Below are positions 48,598 to 61,816 of a DNA stretch of 64,000 nucleotides, piece by piece. Position 1 is the first letter of the stretch. The number at the start of each line of letters is the position of its first letter. Under the pieces are notes generated by a model. It was not told where the DNA came from. It searched no databases and saw nothing but the letters and a program-made list of their open reading frames with translations. The stretch is from Iphione sp. A-MEVVRFRX5 (lineage: Eukaryota). A program made the translations under genes and the position numbers. The stretch covers positions 19,406,001 to 19,470,000 of the forward strand of contig OZ320323.1 of the NCBI GenBank assembly GCA_976226885.1. The letters run 5' to 3'.

Positions 48598-51341
48598 TTA
48601 GACTGTGTTACCCATCAACGCCCGTAAAAGTGAGAAAAAGCGAGAAAATGAGCCTGATTCAGACTGTGGACATGGAGATATTCTAAGATACCCCACATTG
48701 CATTCAACATAATCTATAAATATGGACACCAGTGGGCAAAGCAGACACCAACGCACACGGAAGGAAAATGCAGGTATGGAAACCAGACTTTCTTATCCAT
48801 ACATTTGATGCAGACACAAATCTCTCTCAAAACAATGCAGACAATTGTTTTAATATTGTGGATCATTGTCTGGCAAGTGTTATTTGACTCTTTATGGGTT
48901 ACGGGAGGGGGGTTAAATTGGTCGCATGCTAATACAAGCTTTTCCATGTTGCCTTCTTTCAGACAAAAAAACAGACAATTTTGATGATATAATGAATTCT
49001 GTATCCCCCCCGGTCGCTCTATCAGAATGCCGAGATGACTGTCACCTACAAGTCCGTGCCCAATTATCAGAATTAGTAAAGAGTGTCTGAAGTACAATCA
49101 AACGCTACGATAGACACAACCTTGGTTTTCAAGAAGATACATGTATATCCGTTCTGGTTACAACCAATCCTGCTACTGGTCCCTCTATGGTTTAAAACGA
49201 AGTGGTTGTCATAGGCTTTTCTGACTGATCTTTCCCACCGTCCTGGAGGCTGATTGTATTCAGGTGAGCCAGCTCAGTGTTTACATTAACCATCGGTAAT
49301 AATCATGACTGATTTTCACACCTGTAGCCTTCGCACTTGGTCAAAAGAACCTGGTTTATACGGTCGTCAGTTGATAATGCCTGGATCATGCGGATCAACA
49401 CCCGAAATATATAAGTATCCAAAAGATCCAAAGATCATTTTATGGACAATTTGTTCTGTGGACTATATCTGTGGGCGTCTTTTTTCAAAACGGAGGGAAA
49501 CGAAGCAGTGGTTTGCATGGTAATTATAAGTATGAAAACCGACCGACTTAACTTGGTGGGACTCACATCAAGCTGTCGTTTTAGAGCCCCCTCTCTACAC
49601 TGGGACAGCATTTGTTCTCCTCGCGCGCATGCGCTCTGGCTAGGATACTGCTTCTACCGGCGTGAATGGATTCTATATTGCACTTTTTGACATTTTAACG
49701 AGGTGTCAATTCTTGCTGTCGGCCTCTTGTTTTCTACATTGAATTCATCTCGAGGTGCCCAAGCGTAGCTCTAATAGCGGTGCATTATAGTCGTTAGCCT
49801 AAATCAATAGGCAGGGAGAACATGCCGAGTTGATAGGAGACCAAAGATTTTTTTTTGTTTCAATCAGCTTTACATTCTAATTACTCGTTTATATTCCCGA
49901 GTCTTGAAATGCCCGTCGGCAACTTCATTTCCTGCATGAGCTTATCAGTCACCTTTTGTGTTGCACTCTCTGAGTTCCGTTATTGAAATAACGGCATATT
50001 GTACTGTTCTTTAATTGCACCCTCGAATGTGATTTAACAGTATTAGCTTGAAATATGTTATATGCATATTCGAAATGATAAGTGAATAACAGACTCTACA
50101 TTCAAAATTATGATCAACAGTATATAAACTATGATGACTTATGTTACAATACACCGTTTGCCACAATATGGTCTAGTAATGGAGACTTGTTCTCATTAAA
50201 AGCTTCTATCAACACAAGGAAAATGATACAGTATTGACAGCTTAGACTGTCAATACCGTACTGGTATGTATTAGTTTTATTATATACTAGTTTTTCGTGC
50301 CTTTTCTGTGGTCATGGTCAAAGAGTGTAACGCGGAAGATGCCCACATGTTTCGGGCTAACCACCTGGATAACGAATCCTTTGACCTCTCAAATAGAAAA
50401 CACGGTGGGATTTCTGTAAAACGACTAACAAAAGAATTAACTGGGAGTGTTCAAGCACGGATCTACAGACATACAGTCCTTCTTCTTCACTATCGCTTTC
50501 ACTATCGTTATTGTGAGATGTCTGTGAGTATAAGAGCAAAAGATTCAGGTATTCTACTGTATGCTTAAAGAGAAACAGATATCCTTCCAATAATCTCTAA
50601 GGATAACTCGTCTTCGGTTTCAGCCATAACAACATGCACTATATAAACGAGAAACTATTTTGTTGCTGTAGTTAGTCTCTATATAGCTCCGCACTCAAAA
50701 TGGAAATCGTACAGATCATTTTACTTCGTTAGACTGGTTGACCGTGCGCAGAAACCTTCAAGAAAACGCATCGTACTAAAGAAATACTTCCTTGGTTGAA
50801 CCCAAAAGGCATGCACTAAAACTGTCAAATGCACAACAATACTGAGTAAGCGTACGCCTGACTTTCCGGATTTCCGGCTGTGCTCCTATTATCGGCCTGT
50901 GTGTGACATCAGACTGTATTCAGAGCTCAGCAGCTAGGTAACTCTAGCAGTTTTCCTATTCTCAGTCATAATGTAGTTTTATCAGCCAAATTTCGTACCA
51001 ACAGAAATGATATGATATCTAACTGATAATAATTCGGTTATTTCCACATCTTTCGATTTTGAAGCCACATGAATCGGAACTCATAACGGTAACTACCCCT
51101 GCTCCTGGTTTATTACTCTTCCTGCTGACACTCTGACCATGAGGGGGGGGGGGGCGACTGACTCCATTCAATATCTTATTTTCAATGTTTAGTGAAGGGA
51201 ATAGTATCAGGGAGGCAGGCTTTCAGATACATATTTGCACATCATTTATTGTGGTGTTGTTCTCTTTCGCATTTAAACTTGAGGAAGAAACATGGGGTAT
51301 GGTGAGATAACCTGCATAGACTAAACGGTTCCCTTTTCCTG

Positions 51342-51357
51342 TAGTGCCCCCTGGTGA
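51342..51357 (-). promoter_or_regulatory. CTCF-like motif
   Basis: tagtgccccctggtga, whose reverse complement TCACCAGGGGGCACTA is close to the CTCF consensus. Single motif match only. Confidence 0.25.
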
Positions 51358-53553
51358 TATTTGTGTAGTATTATGCATTTATATTACTTGATCCCGTGTT
51401 TTGGTTTATGCATTGATTTCACATTGTGAATTATTTATTAAGACCATGCCGTAAGTCACTAAAGATCCATACACGTAGTCATTTATCGACTGTGTGATGC
51501 GAGTCATTCTTTGACTCTACATTAACTGTAGGTCAATTATTGACTTTGCACTGTGAGTTATTTATTGAAAATTAATGTACCCTCTGTAACAAGTTATTCA
51601 TTGTTCTTCATCGTCAGTCATTCATTGATTCCACGTTAATATTAGTAATATACAGATTCTATTATGAGTAATACACTCATTGTATGGTGTCATTCATTGA
51701 CTATGTTGTAAGCAAATTATTTTCTTTACGTCATGAGTCACTGAATTTATATTGAAAGTCATTCAAAGAATATATACATGTTACTCATATATTGAATGCA
51801 TTATAGCAAGTTATTTACTGAAACACAGAGAGTCATTGATCAATACGATGATATGTCTCATATCTCAAAGTTACATAATATGTCGACCGTTATCATTGTG
51901 TACATGGTAAAAAACACAGTGGTAGTCTCTCAAAAGTGTCACCATATGAACTGTTATGCAGTCACGCGCATTGTAAACACACTGCAGCATTAAAAAACAC
52001 ATGACAGTAGCCCTTGAGGGGTATGCATGGGGTTAAATGCTACGTGTTCATAGTCTTTCTGATTCGTCCCATCTTCTCATCCCTCCTGAGTAAAGTGCAC
52101 ATGGTTTTAATATGCAGTAGAAGCTGAATGAATATCTTAACTTTCTCTGTTTCACAGACGTCATTCAGAAATGGAAGGAAATCAGATATTAAGTCATATT
52201 TCTATGCTAAGCTCTTAAATACAAACGAAGGTCAGAGGCTTGGCTGTTTGTGGATTGCCTCGATTGACTCAAAAAGATAAACACTCCAGTTTCAATATTC
52301 ACACATTGCATATTCCTAAATCTGCTATTTTAAATTTGTTTTCTTGGGAGCTTCAAGCGAGCATATTTGTATAAATACATAACTTTACTGTAATAAGAAA
52401 ATATGTCAAGTGAAAACTGTGGGGAAAACAAAGTATGGAAACGTTTCACAAGTCGTGTTCATCGGTTAGTCTCTGGACGAACCATTATATAGGCGAGCAT
52501 GTTTGAACGTATCTGCCTTAACCCAACCTAGCTGCTAAGTGTTCTCTGTAGGCAAGGGAACAATTCATTATGGTTAGCTTGCTATGAAACCTGATACTGT
52601 TTAATCTGTGGTGGAAAGTATTCTGATCAATAACATTGGTCAAAACCCACGAAGTCAGTTGAAGGTAATGTTGACATGGCATGAATGCGTCCCTCCCTGT
52701 GTTTGTATCTCCTTAACGAGTTCATATTGAAAATCTTTCAAATTTGCCTTGAAGGGAGAACTTAAATCTGAATAATTCGTGGCGGAACACTTTGGTCCAT
52801 GCCTGATCAGTGATACTTAGACAATACCAGCATGCAGTACTGGTAAATACGTGAAGATGAGTTTGGTTAGGCCACACATGACTAAAAGTCGTGTATGATC
52901 AAAAAAATGAATCTTCAAGCATGTATCATTGCTGAAGTGTCGGTTTAGTGTTTTTTCCATATGTAAGCAGAAATCTGGCTCATTAATATACCATTTGGAA
53001 GGGTTCTTGTCAATATACTTTGTCACCAAACCAATAACCGTCTATGTCACAACTAATCATGTCCTGGTACCCTGTTCTTAACTTTTTCAAAGAATGTATA
53101 TCACACCAGGCCTGGGTACCGGTCCAAATCTGTGCATGTACAATATACAGAGAATTTGTTCACTTCCAGTTAATGAGTGGCTGACTTATTTAGAAAATAA
53201 TGTGTTGTTCTGAGGTAAACAAGCATAAGCCTCATATGAATCTGAAATGTTTGTACATGCTCAATTTCTTCTTTTCTGTTACCAATTAGTCAAGATTCGT
53301 CCTATATATTTTACTGTTGAATAATCAGATCGACACAGGTTGCCCATTTGCCATTGTATACTGCATGTGTGCAATACACCATTGAATACTGCCAAGCCCA
53401 GAAAGGTCGCTATTTTAGTTATTGTACTGCAGGAGCATTTAATAATGTGGAAATACTGTACAGGCAAAGGTACCGGTACATAATATAAGTAAGAAATCAA
53501 TGCAAAGTCAACAACTGCCCTTGTATAATATTAATATCTTAAGAACCTTTGCA

Positions 53554-56500
53554 ATATGAATGAATGAATGAATGAATTTTATTTAACCGTTTCTCATACA
53601 GAAATGTTAGAGGTTTCCTGGTTAAATACAGCAAGTGAGGTTTACAAAAGACAACAAACAAAGTGCAAGAAAGAGTTATAAGTACAGGGACACACGAGAC
53701 AGTAATTACAGAAAGAGTATACATTTAAGCAGACAACAAATGGTGACAGTATACAAGGACGATACAAGGTATAAACAGACGATATATAAGAGGTTGACAT
53801 TCAAGTAGCCTAGCACATAAGAACAATTGAGGTACCAGACAAAATACAGGACGTTACCAACATATGGTACAGGAGTTGTGCCACATGCAGGCAGTACAAG
53901 ACAATACAGATGTGTACATCAGCTATGACAGCACGAACAGTGTTAAGTTTTACACTTAGGTACCTGCCTACCACCTGATGGTGGCTACCACCTGGTGTTA
54001 TGCGCTCCACAAACAAGTAATAACATGTGCAAGCAACTAGTGTGTAGCTTTGTAGCTTAGAACGATAGATTAACTATTTGAGCACACGGGGGAGCTATGG
54101 TAACTGAGATTGGCTCCTGGTAGGTGTTGCACAATGTCTAGGGACATCCTATGGGATTGCTACCGGTAGAACACTATTGCGCAAAACCCCTTCTAAATAG
54201 GCGAGTGAGTGAGCATACCCCACCTAAATATGTAGACCCTGGCATCTGGTACCCCTAGTTGAGTACTTTATGTCTGGGAAATCAGGAATCAGTATTACAT
54301 AAACTCGATAGGTTTACAGCGGTGATGCAAATGAGGACAGGATGGACAGGGTCATCATTGAAGACTCAGCGGATTGGGGGGGGGGGGAGAGGGGGACGGG
54401 ACAACATGTGTGGGCGGTGGGGACCGTATCCCCTGGGGATGAACCCAAGAGAATTTGGCAGAAAGGGGTAGTGTGTTGATTGGGTTGGACGTCGGAGGGG
54501 GATAAGTCTTGGATTGTCAGAGTGAAGGGAATTAGATGGGGAAGAGGGGGCAACGTTCACCCAGAGGCTATATGCTTTTGATGGTATCTAACGAATTAGA
54601 GTAGTCAAGAGAGGTAGAGGAATACAACCGGTTTGTTCAAAGCAGGTCATATGATCCTATGCAGGCGACTGTTCATGGTGGAGACAGAAGGGGGGGGATG
54701 TTTAGTGGTTAACAGTACGGGTGAAGGGTCTAAGGAAGAGATAAAGACAAGTAGGGTTGTGATCCAGAACAGCGGCTTTAAAAGAGAGATCCAGTGAAGG
54801 GGAAAAATTGGTGTCGTCAACAGCAGTTCGGAACAGCAGAACACGGTTAACGAAGCCTGTCAAGTAGCATATCGCTAATATGCAGTTTCCGGTGGTTCTT
54901 CACTGACTCAGGTAGTTGGTTCCAAGCACGAACTGCTCGGTATCGGAGGCTGACTGAGTTTCTAGTCGAGCGTGGTTTCAGAGTTTTGGCAAGCCAACCG
55001 GTCCCTCGACGAGTCACAGTTTTCTTACCTGACGGTAGAAGTCCAAGGTGCATCAAGCGGTGGATGGAGTATAGGCCCCGTTTGAAGATAAGAGAGTCAA
55101 CCCGTGGAACATCATATACGGACTGCAGTCGCCTGGCAGAGAGGAATGGACCACACTGAATGGCAGCTCTTGCACATCTATTAACGTGTGTCTGGAGGGC
55201 AATGAGACCAGAGGGACTCAGTGAGAAAAGTGCTGATGAGTGGAAGTGTAAGATCGACAGGACTAAGGACCGGAACAGGGTAAGCCTGGCGGAGAGTGGA
55301 AGGTGTCGTTTTGCCCGGCAAAGCTTGGCAGATATTACCCAGGTCCTTTGCTTCAGGACGCGCACGTCTTGCTGCATGTTTAGCTTCGGATCGAGAGTGA
55401 AGCCCAGTACCTTCGGTGCAGACGAACACTGTAGGTTGACTTCACCGATGGATAAGTCCAGCGGGATACCGGCAGCCTTGCCAACCCCCATGTAGGAGCA
55501 TTTCCCCGAGCTGAGAATCAGTCCCTCACGTGTGCACCACTTCTGTACACATCCTATCGCAAGCTGTGACTCTGCCCTTAGTCTCAGTAAATCTCGGGCC
55601 GTCACAATCACGGTTAGATCGTCCGCATAGAGGACACCTTTGCAGCTCGGCGGCAGACATCTGACCACGGTGTCCATAACCAAGAGGAATGCCGCAGGAC
55701 CAAAAATAGACCCCTGCGGCACCCCCTGGTTGAGCTTGAGGGCAGGCGAATCTACTCCATTGCACCTGACAAACTGGGAGCGGTCTTGTAGATACCCCGC
55801 GACCAGGTTGCAAGCTTTCGGGCCGACGCCGTGATGTTTCATTTGACGCGTGATGCTATCATGTGGCACCAAGTCAAATGCCTTCTTGAGGTCAAACATG
55901 ACGAGGTTGCAGTATCGCCCTTGGTTGATCTCGTCTTCCACCTGGCATATGATATCAGATATGGCCGTGTCAGTGCCCCGATGTTTACGGAAGCCGTGCT
56001 GATGGCAACTAAGCACCTTCCGCTCCTCAAGTTTCAGCATTAGCTCCGTCACAAACCAGGATTCGCATATCTTACCTGGCAGCGGCAGGATGGACACCGG
56101 GCGGTAGTTGCCAAGAGTGTTGCGATCACCTTTCTTAAAGACCGGTGTCACCCGAGCTCTTTTCCAGCGTGAAGGGTAAAGGCCAGTCTGATAAATGCGT
56201 CTGAACAACCATGCCAAGAAATCGGGCAGTAGCAACAGCAACGGTTTCAGGATGCATGTGGGTATTCCTTCCACACCTGATGACTTGGTCAGTCGCTGCT
56301 TTTGAACTAATTTGATCACCTCTAGCGGAGAGGGGGGTTTTAGTTCAAACATCTCGGTCACTATCCTACCAGGAGTGACAAAAGTTGAATCATTCGGTCT
56401 TTGCGGGACAAGCTTTGTAACTTCATCGACAAAGTAGGTGTTAAAGGCATCAGCAGTGGACTCATGGTCCATGCCGTCCTGCTGCAGATCATCGAGTGAG

Positions 56501-58120
56501 GGGGGCGGAGAGTCACTCTTATCCAGTCCCGTCGCCTCCCGTAGTGTCGCCCACATTTTAGCCGAGTCGGATCCAGCCTCGGCCAGTCGGCCAGTCCAGT
56601 AGGCTTTCCTATCTTTCTGTAGGGCATACCGGACCTTCTTATTCAGAAATTTGAAGATACGATGATCATCTACTTCACGATACGTCTTCCAGCGGCTGAA
56701 AAAGTAGTTGCGATCCTTTATCAGAGAGATGGTAGAGGGGCTAAGGGTCGGTGCTCCCGAATCCTCTCGGCATCGTACTTTTTTGATAGGACAGATTGAG
56801 AGAAGCTCCGCTCTCAGGTTGTCTTCAAACCGGTCCCACGCTACCTGATGGCAGCCCTCCATTTTGACATAGTGTGTCCTCATCTTATCGTGGAGCTCGC
56901 CAATATTTACCTGACTCCATTTCCTGACCTCCTTCCATTTTACTGGTACCCTTTGTACCCCCTTCTTCAGATCAATACAGACCGGCAAATGATCGCTGAG
57001 GAAGTGGTCCAAGGTTTTCGCATGGCCCTTGACTGCGAAGCTCAGCCAAATGTGATCAAGACACCTCTCGCTGTCAATCATGGTGCCGTCCTTCACAAGC
57101 TGGGACAGACCTATGCCAGCCAGGTTATTGACAAGACCAGCACCTGCAGTGTGCGCGGAGCTGTAGTTGAAATTAAAGTCTCCGGTTACACAGCAATCGT
57201 GACGTCTGCGGTCGAGATAGTTGGCGCAAGCATCGCTCACCGCACCCACCGAAGCCGTCATTTTGTCCTGCGGCGGGCGGTAGACAAGTAAGATGTCGAG
57301 GGGACGACGTTTCCCACCTTTAACTGTGAGACCCAGTATCTCACAACTGGAGCCATCGTGCATTAGCGGTGAGGTGCGAGTAATCTGAATATGGTCTCTC
57401 ACAAATACGGCTAGACCTCCTCCGCGTCGACCAAGGGGGCAATCCCTGTCTTGCCTAATTAGATTGAAGCCGCTCAACCTGATTTCAGAATCCTCCACCA
57501 TCGATGTTAGCCAGGTCTCTGTGATACAGAGAATGTCGATCTTCTCCTCGTCAACCAACCTTCTTATGTCCGCGACCTTTTTTCTTAAGCTTCGTATGTT
57601 GTAAGTGACCAGTCGGATCCTCCCCATCCTGGCTATAGAAACGAGACTTCAACAGCCTCTAATAAATCGAGAATAGAAGTGTAAGGTGATTAGTCGCAGA
57701 GGGTAGAGAAGCGGGTAATTTGAAAGTTCCGGGTGGGTGGTAACAAAAGTGTATATGGGTGTAGTAGAGAGGCAAGTGACAACGGCTACAGTAGTGCACA
57801 CCGAGTCAGAGAGTTTGGCGATTTTGGGCAGAGTCAGAAAAAGTGGTATCAGGTATGGTTAAGGAATAGCCTCTGGGCTCACAGGGTCATAGGAGGGCAA
57901 GACACAGGGACAATGGGCAGACAGATCATGGATTCGGGGGTGGGTTAAAATGTACTAACGCATGTGACGAAAAGACATATAGTAAAACGGTCAAGATGAA
58001 ATAGCTGTTAACAATACATAGGCACAGTCAAGAGGTTTATTAAACCAATCCATAAGATCAGGCGATACAAACAACAGCTGGCAATAGTACGTACGGAGAA
58101 GGTAAGTCATGACAAGGAAC
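53554..58120 (-). mobile_element. LINE-B: 5'-truncated CR1/L2-group element, sister lineage of LINE-A
   Basis: (ATTC)n tail at ~53554-53577 preceded by AATAAA and the same TTAACCAGGAAA...GGTTAA stem as LINE-A; ~1.3-kb 3'UTR; intact ORF2; ~0.5 kb ORF-less pyrimidine-rich sequence upstream; no ORF1. The 5' boundary is uncertain. Confidence 0.9.
54847..57627 (-). CDS. LINE ORF2: apurinic endonuclease + reverse transcriptase (926 aa, intact)
   Basis: NIRSL, ETWL, GGGLAVFV, YRPP, GDFN, LDHI, SDH; YRPVSIL, QHGFR, DLKKAFD, GVPQGSIFGP, YADD; C-terminal WNQLP. Collinear with the LINE-A ORF2. Confidence 0.97.
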   Translation of the reverse strand: MGRIRLVTYNIRSLRKKVADIRRLVDEEKIDILCITETWLTSMVEDSEIRLSGFNLIRQDRDCPLGRRGGGLAVFVRDHIQITRTSPLMHDGSSCEILGLTVKGGKRRPLDILLVYRPPQDKMTASVGAVSDACANYLDRRRHDCCVTGDFNFNYSSAHTAGAGLVNNLAGIGLSQLVKDGTMIDSERCLDHIWLSFAVKGHAKTLDHFLSDHLPVCIDLKKGVQRVPVKWKEVRKWSQVNIGELHDKMRTHYVKMEGCHQVAWDRFEDNLRAELLSICPIKKVRCREDSGAPTLSPSTISLIKDRNYFFSRWKTYREVDDHRIFKFLNKKVRYALQKDRKAYWTGRLAEAGSDSAKMWATLREATGLDKSDSPPPSLDDLQQDGMDHESTADAFNTYFVDEVTKLVPQRPNDSTFVTPGRIVTEMFELKPPSPLEVIKLVQKQRLTKSSGVEGIPTCILKPLLLLLPDFLAWLFRRIYQTGLYPSRWKRARVTPVFKKGDRNTLGNYRPVSILPLPGKICESWFVTELMLKLEERKVLSCHQHGFRKHRGTDTAISDIICQVEDEINQGRYCNLVMFDLKKAFDLVPHDSITRQMKHHGVGPKACNLVAGYLQDRSQFVRCNGVDSPALKLNQGVPQGSIFGPAAFLLVMDTVVRCLPPSCKGVLYADDLTVIVTARDLLRLRAESQLAIGCVQKWCTREGLILSSGKCSYMGVGKAAGIPLDLSIGEVNLQCSSAPKVLGFTLDPKLNMQQDVRVLKQRTWVISAKLCRAKRHLPLSARLTLFRSLVLSILHFHSSALFSLSPSGLIALQTHVNRCARAAIQCGPFLSARRLQSVYDVPRVDSLIFKRGLYSIHRLMHLGLLPSGKKTVTRRGTGWLAKTLKPRSTRNSVSLRYRAVRAWNQLPESVKNHRKLHISDMLLDRLR

Positions 58121-59541
58121 CATTTACCATTTGGTATGTTTCTGTTAAGATGTTAAATATTTTAAAATAACATAGCCACGTCACTCAATCATAAGGTTTG
58201 TAGGGATAACAATCAGTTTGTTGGCACCTTGAATCAATTACCACTCATGTAGTTGTAAGACCCAATCTTCTCTGAAAACTGATTGGGATACTGTGATGCG
58301 TGAAGTAGTACATTTAATTGGAAGATGATTCCTGAAATTAGATTGGAACCGAAATGAACAGTGTCTAAGACGTCATGACTTTAAATTTTGAGCGAAAACC
58401 TAAGGGAGTTTTGACATTGTGTTCCCTATCACCTGGTGGGTATGCTGAGCATTATTGTGAATATCTCCTCTTTCTAGTATGTATTACTGTCAATACTTCC
58501 GACTGGACTATTAATGAACAAGCTGAATGTGATTTTGATTAATATGCCTGACTCAATGCAGTACAAGTTCCTGAATTAATTGACTGTGAGTTAAACATGT
58601 ACAGTGGAACCTCATGATTGGAGAAACTTCACATTGGGGGACTCCGTTCTACCACCGGTGGGAGGAGCATCATGTTGTAATCACACATTGTACCATCTAG
58701 GTTTGTAGAGACGATCTAAATGGGGATACTTTCACTGAAAAGCAGGTATGAGCAACTCAGTTGTCAGGTCTTAATGTAATACACTGCTTTAAAAAGATTT
58801 TACTCATAAATCAGAACGAAGTAAAAAGTGCCACTATATCTTCGTATATGGGTCCATGTTTAGTTCATTTATCATTATCTATATCGTGTTCAAAGTTTCA
58901 TCTGTTCAAACAGTCCTGTGTAGGCTTCATACATCCGTAGAGGGGATGAAATCCGTGAGTTGTTTAAAACGTTCCTTAAATGTGGCACATTGCTATACCT
59001 GATGTCTAAGTCCCTTTTCTGACACAATCAGGATGGGACATTTTGATAAGAGGGAAAAGTATAGTAACTTCAAATTCTAAGCCAAACATGACACTGTAAT
59101 GTATATGGGCGAAATGTCAATTTGGTAATACATGTATTAATTGACCTGTCGCAACGATGATTTGACATTGTTCTATTTTAACCTGATCTTTAGTGCTTGT
59201 GTCAAATCCTATCATACGTATCCAGAATGCCTCTGTGTAGTGACCCCTCAGTGAGTAATTCAGGAGCACACGATTCACACTTCGATGTGAGTTCTTTTTA
59301 GTGTAATGTCAGGTGCTGTAATCCCTCACACTATCGTTTTGCACCTTGAAAAGCAATGGCCAACACCGGATGCCAACACAAATTGGTAATCTGTTAATAG
59401 TTATCCTACTTAATGCTTTTTTTTACTGGAAATTACTTCTTGAAAGAAAACTTAATATGCATTTGACAATATAGGTAACAGTCTCCTATTGGACTAATGA
59501 TAATTTGATATCATACTTATGTGTGACCGATAGCTATAGTA

Positions 59542-59718
59542 CAGTGGAGATTCTATTTACGACCACTGCTATTTGTGACCATTCTCTATTTGTGACCATC
59601 TGAGATGGGTACCAAAATGTTGATTTGTATACATCTGATACTGTATTTGTGACCAAATTCACCAGTGCGACCATTTAAGCCTGGTCCCAAGGGATGGTCG
59701 TAAATAGGGTCTCCACTG
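59542..59718. mobile_element. Tc1/mariner (pogo-like) MITE, 177 bp
   Basis: TA flanks (59540-59541, 59719-59720); 24-bp TIR CAGTGGAGA(TT/CC)CTATTTACGACCA; internal tatttgtgacca repeats. Confidence 0.85.
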
Positions 59719-60500
59719 TACATCACTGTCAAATGGGGGTTCAAAATGTTCATTTGATATGTAATGCAGCCATTGTTTCCCAACACTGGCTTGATGCTGG
59801 ACTCCATGTACCTTACCTAAAGAGGACGGTTTTCAAACATGGACATAATCTCATATAGGATATGCACACAACACAGACATGCATTTTCATACCTAGTAGT
59901 CCAGCAGCGTGACCATTTGGCCAGTTGCAAGGACATGTTTGAATAGTTATCCTAATAGATGAGAAATTAAGTAGTAATCAGCACATCCATAATAACACTT
60001 GGCTTGGTATGGCAGTAAGTTTGGGTACTAAATTCTGCATGATAAAATCTTTCAGTGATTGAAATCGGCATGTTCACCAGGATATACATGTGAATAAATG
60101 ACCTTGCAAATAGCCATGTTATTTTATTCCTGGAACTTTTTTTCATGACACCCTCCCTCTGTCTCAGGTGCAAGAAGTACATATATGCGAGGCGTATGAT
60201 TTCCTTAATTGATGGATTGCATGATTGTATTAAAGCTCATTATAAATTAAGGTTTTTCATCTGATGTGAGCAGCATGTACCCATATAGGTGGTGCAGTAA
60301 TCAAAATAAGTACATCCTTGACGTACATATTATTATTATGTTGTCCACCCAGCATTGTGATAACTGTGAAATAAATCGTATTTGCACACTGAGGCCTTTG
60401 TTCCCTTTGTAACTGCAGCTATTGGAGTTTTCGGATAGGAATAGCAGTATTTTTTCACATTTTCTTGGCAAAACACCCTTTCTTTCGCTTCGTCTTACCT

Positions 60501-61364
60501 TAGGCCTGAGCAGTATCTATGTTTCTGGTAACTTGCTGAAGAACATATAGGGTCAGTACATAGTTTTTTTTATATACAAACGTATCACTGAAAAAGCTAG
60601 ACAGTTCAAAGACAGTTTAAACTTTCACCTTCGTACGGTGATAGACTGAAAGATGTTGAAGTTAAATTCCATGTTTCAAGTCATAAGCTTTCTTTGACAT
60701 TTCTTTCCTTGTTTGCATATAGCTCCATTCTTAATGGTTATGCGTATCCGTTTCAGTTGCCTTTAGATTGTCATCGGAAAAATGAGACAGACCATAAACT
60801 TTGTTGATCAAGATAATTTTCCAAAGGTCCATCTGAAGTAGGACTGAAATGTTTTGAGGGTGAAGATGGGGGGAAAAGAAAAATATAAATGTATATTAGA
60901 AGGGACAAAATGGCACGTCACAAGAGGAGGGATGATCAGAGGGAGAAAAACATGGAAAACATGCCTAATATTTTTGTAAAGGGAAATAGTAGAGGTATTT
61001 GAAAAGGGTGCATTAAAATACTAGAAGACCGAATGGAAAAATTTCTGTATTTCCGGTAAACTGATGGACATATATTTTAGTTCCAATGGAACATTTTATT
61101 TTTGTTCTTGTTTTGTAAATAATTCCAGAACAAATAAAACTTCAGGCATGTACTTCATACCATTCTCTTCCTTAGGTTACCAGCTTTTATTTGATATAAA
61201 GTTTAGTAAAATCTAAACGACAGAAATGATCTTAACATAAACATTTGTGGCCTTCAGTATCAGTTTGGATAGTAAAATCAGAAAAATTAAAACAATACCA
61301 CCTACCGACTGACCCTATATTTTCTCAGCATGTTACCGGAAACACAGAACTCTTTTTAGGCATA
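60501..61364. mobile_element. Non-autonomous TIR element (~860 bp)
   Basis: Left TAGGCCTGAGCAGTATCTATGTTTCTGGTAACTTGCTGAAGAACATATAGGGTCAGT matches the right-end reverse complement TATGCCTAAAAAGAGTTCTGTGTTTCCGGTAACATGCTGAGAAAATATAGGGTCAGT. Confidence 0.65.
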
Positions 61365-61816
61365 ATGGAGACACTGTGTTTCGGAAAAGGGAACTTAACT
61401 TAATGATGAGAGTTAACAGCATTGTATCTTTAGTTAAGGACAGAGCTATGATCAAACGTCTCCATCCCTCAGGTGCTACAAATATAATTTGATTTAAACG
61501 CCATTTAAAGTATTTTAGGGGTGATATTAGTAAAATACTACAAACACATCACCTATTCCTTAAATCGATTTTATTTGACACAGTTGAAATAGGGTATTTA
61601 ACGGATGCACATAAGCACATCAAACAACAAATTTATTTAACAAACATGTCACATTTCGTTTAGACGAATTCTGCAGTTTTGCCCCATAGATGAAAATGCA
61701 TCGGAAAAATAATGCTTTCTTTCTGGAAATAGAATCAAGGCGATATTAACAGTGTGTAATAAATAGGTAACACCCTACTAGTCACAACTCACCAATACAG
61801 AAGTATAAATAAACAT

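Noticed and set aside
49621-49634. gcgcgcatgcgc NRF1-like palindrome
   Set aside because: Isolated motif with no adjacent gene start; such motifs are common in TE remnants.
52007-52036. piggyBac-like end (...ggggttaa); a similar one at 36575-36589
   Set aside because: No matching opposite TIR was found, so no element could be delimited.
54370-54560. G-run cluster (possible G-quadruplex) in the LINE-B 3'UTR
   Set aside because: The G-runs are on the antisense strand of the element and are not seen in the LINE-A 3'UTR; no support for function.
58600-58613. Tc1/pogo-like terminus TACAGTGGAACCTC
   Set aside because: Single end only; no partner TIR seen nearby.
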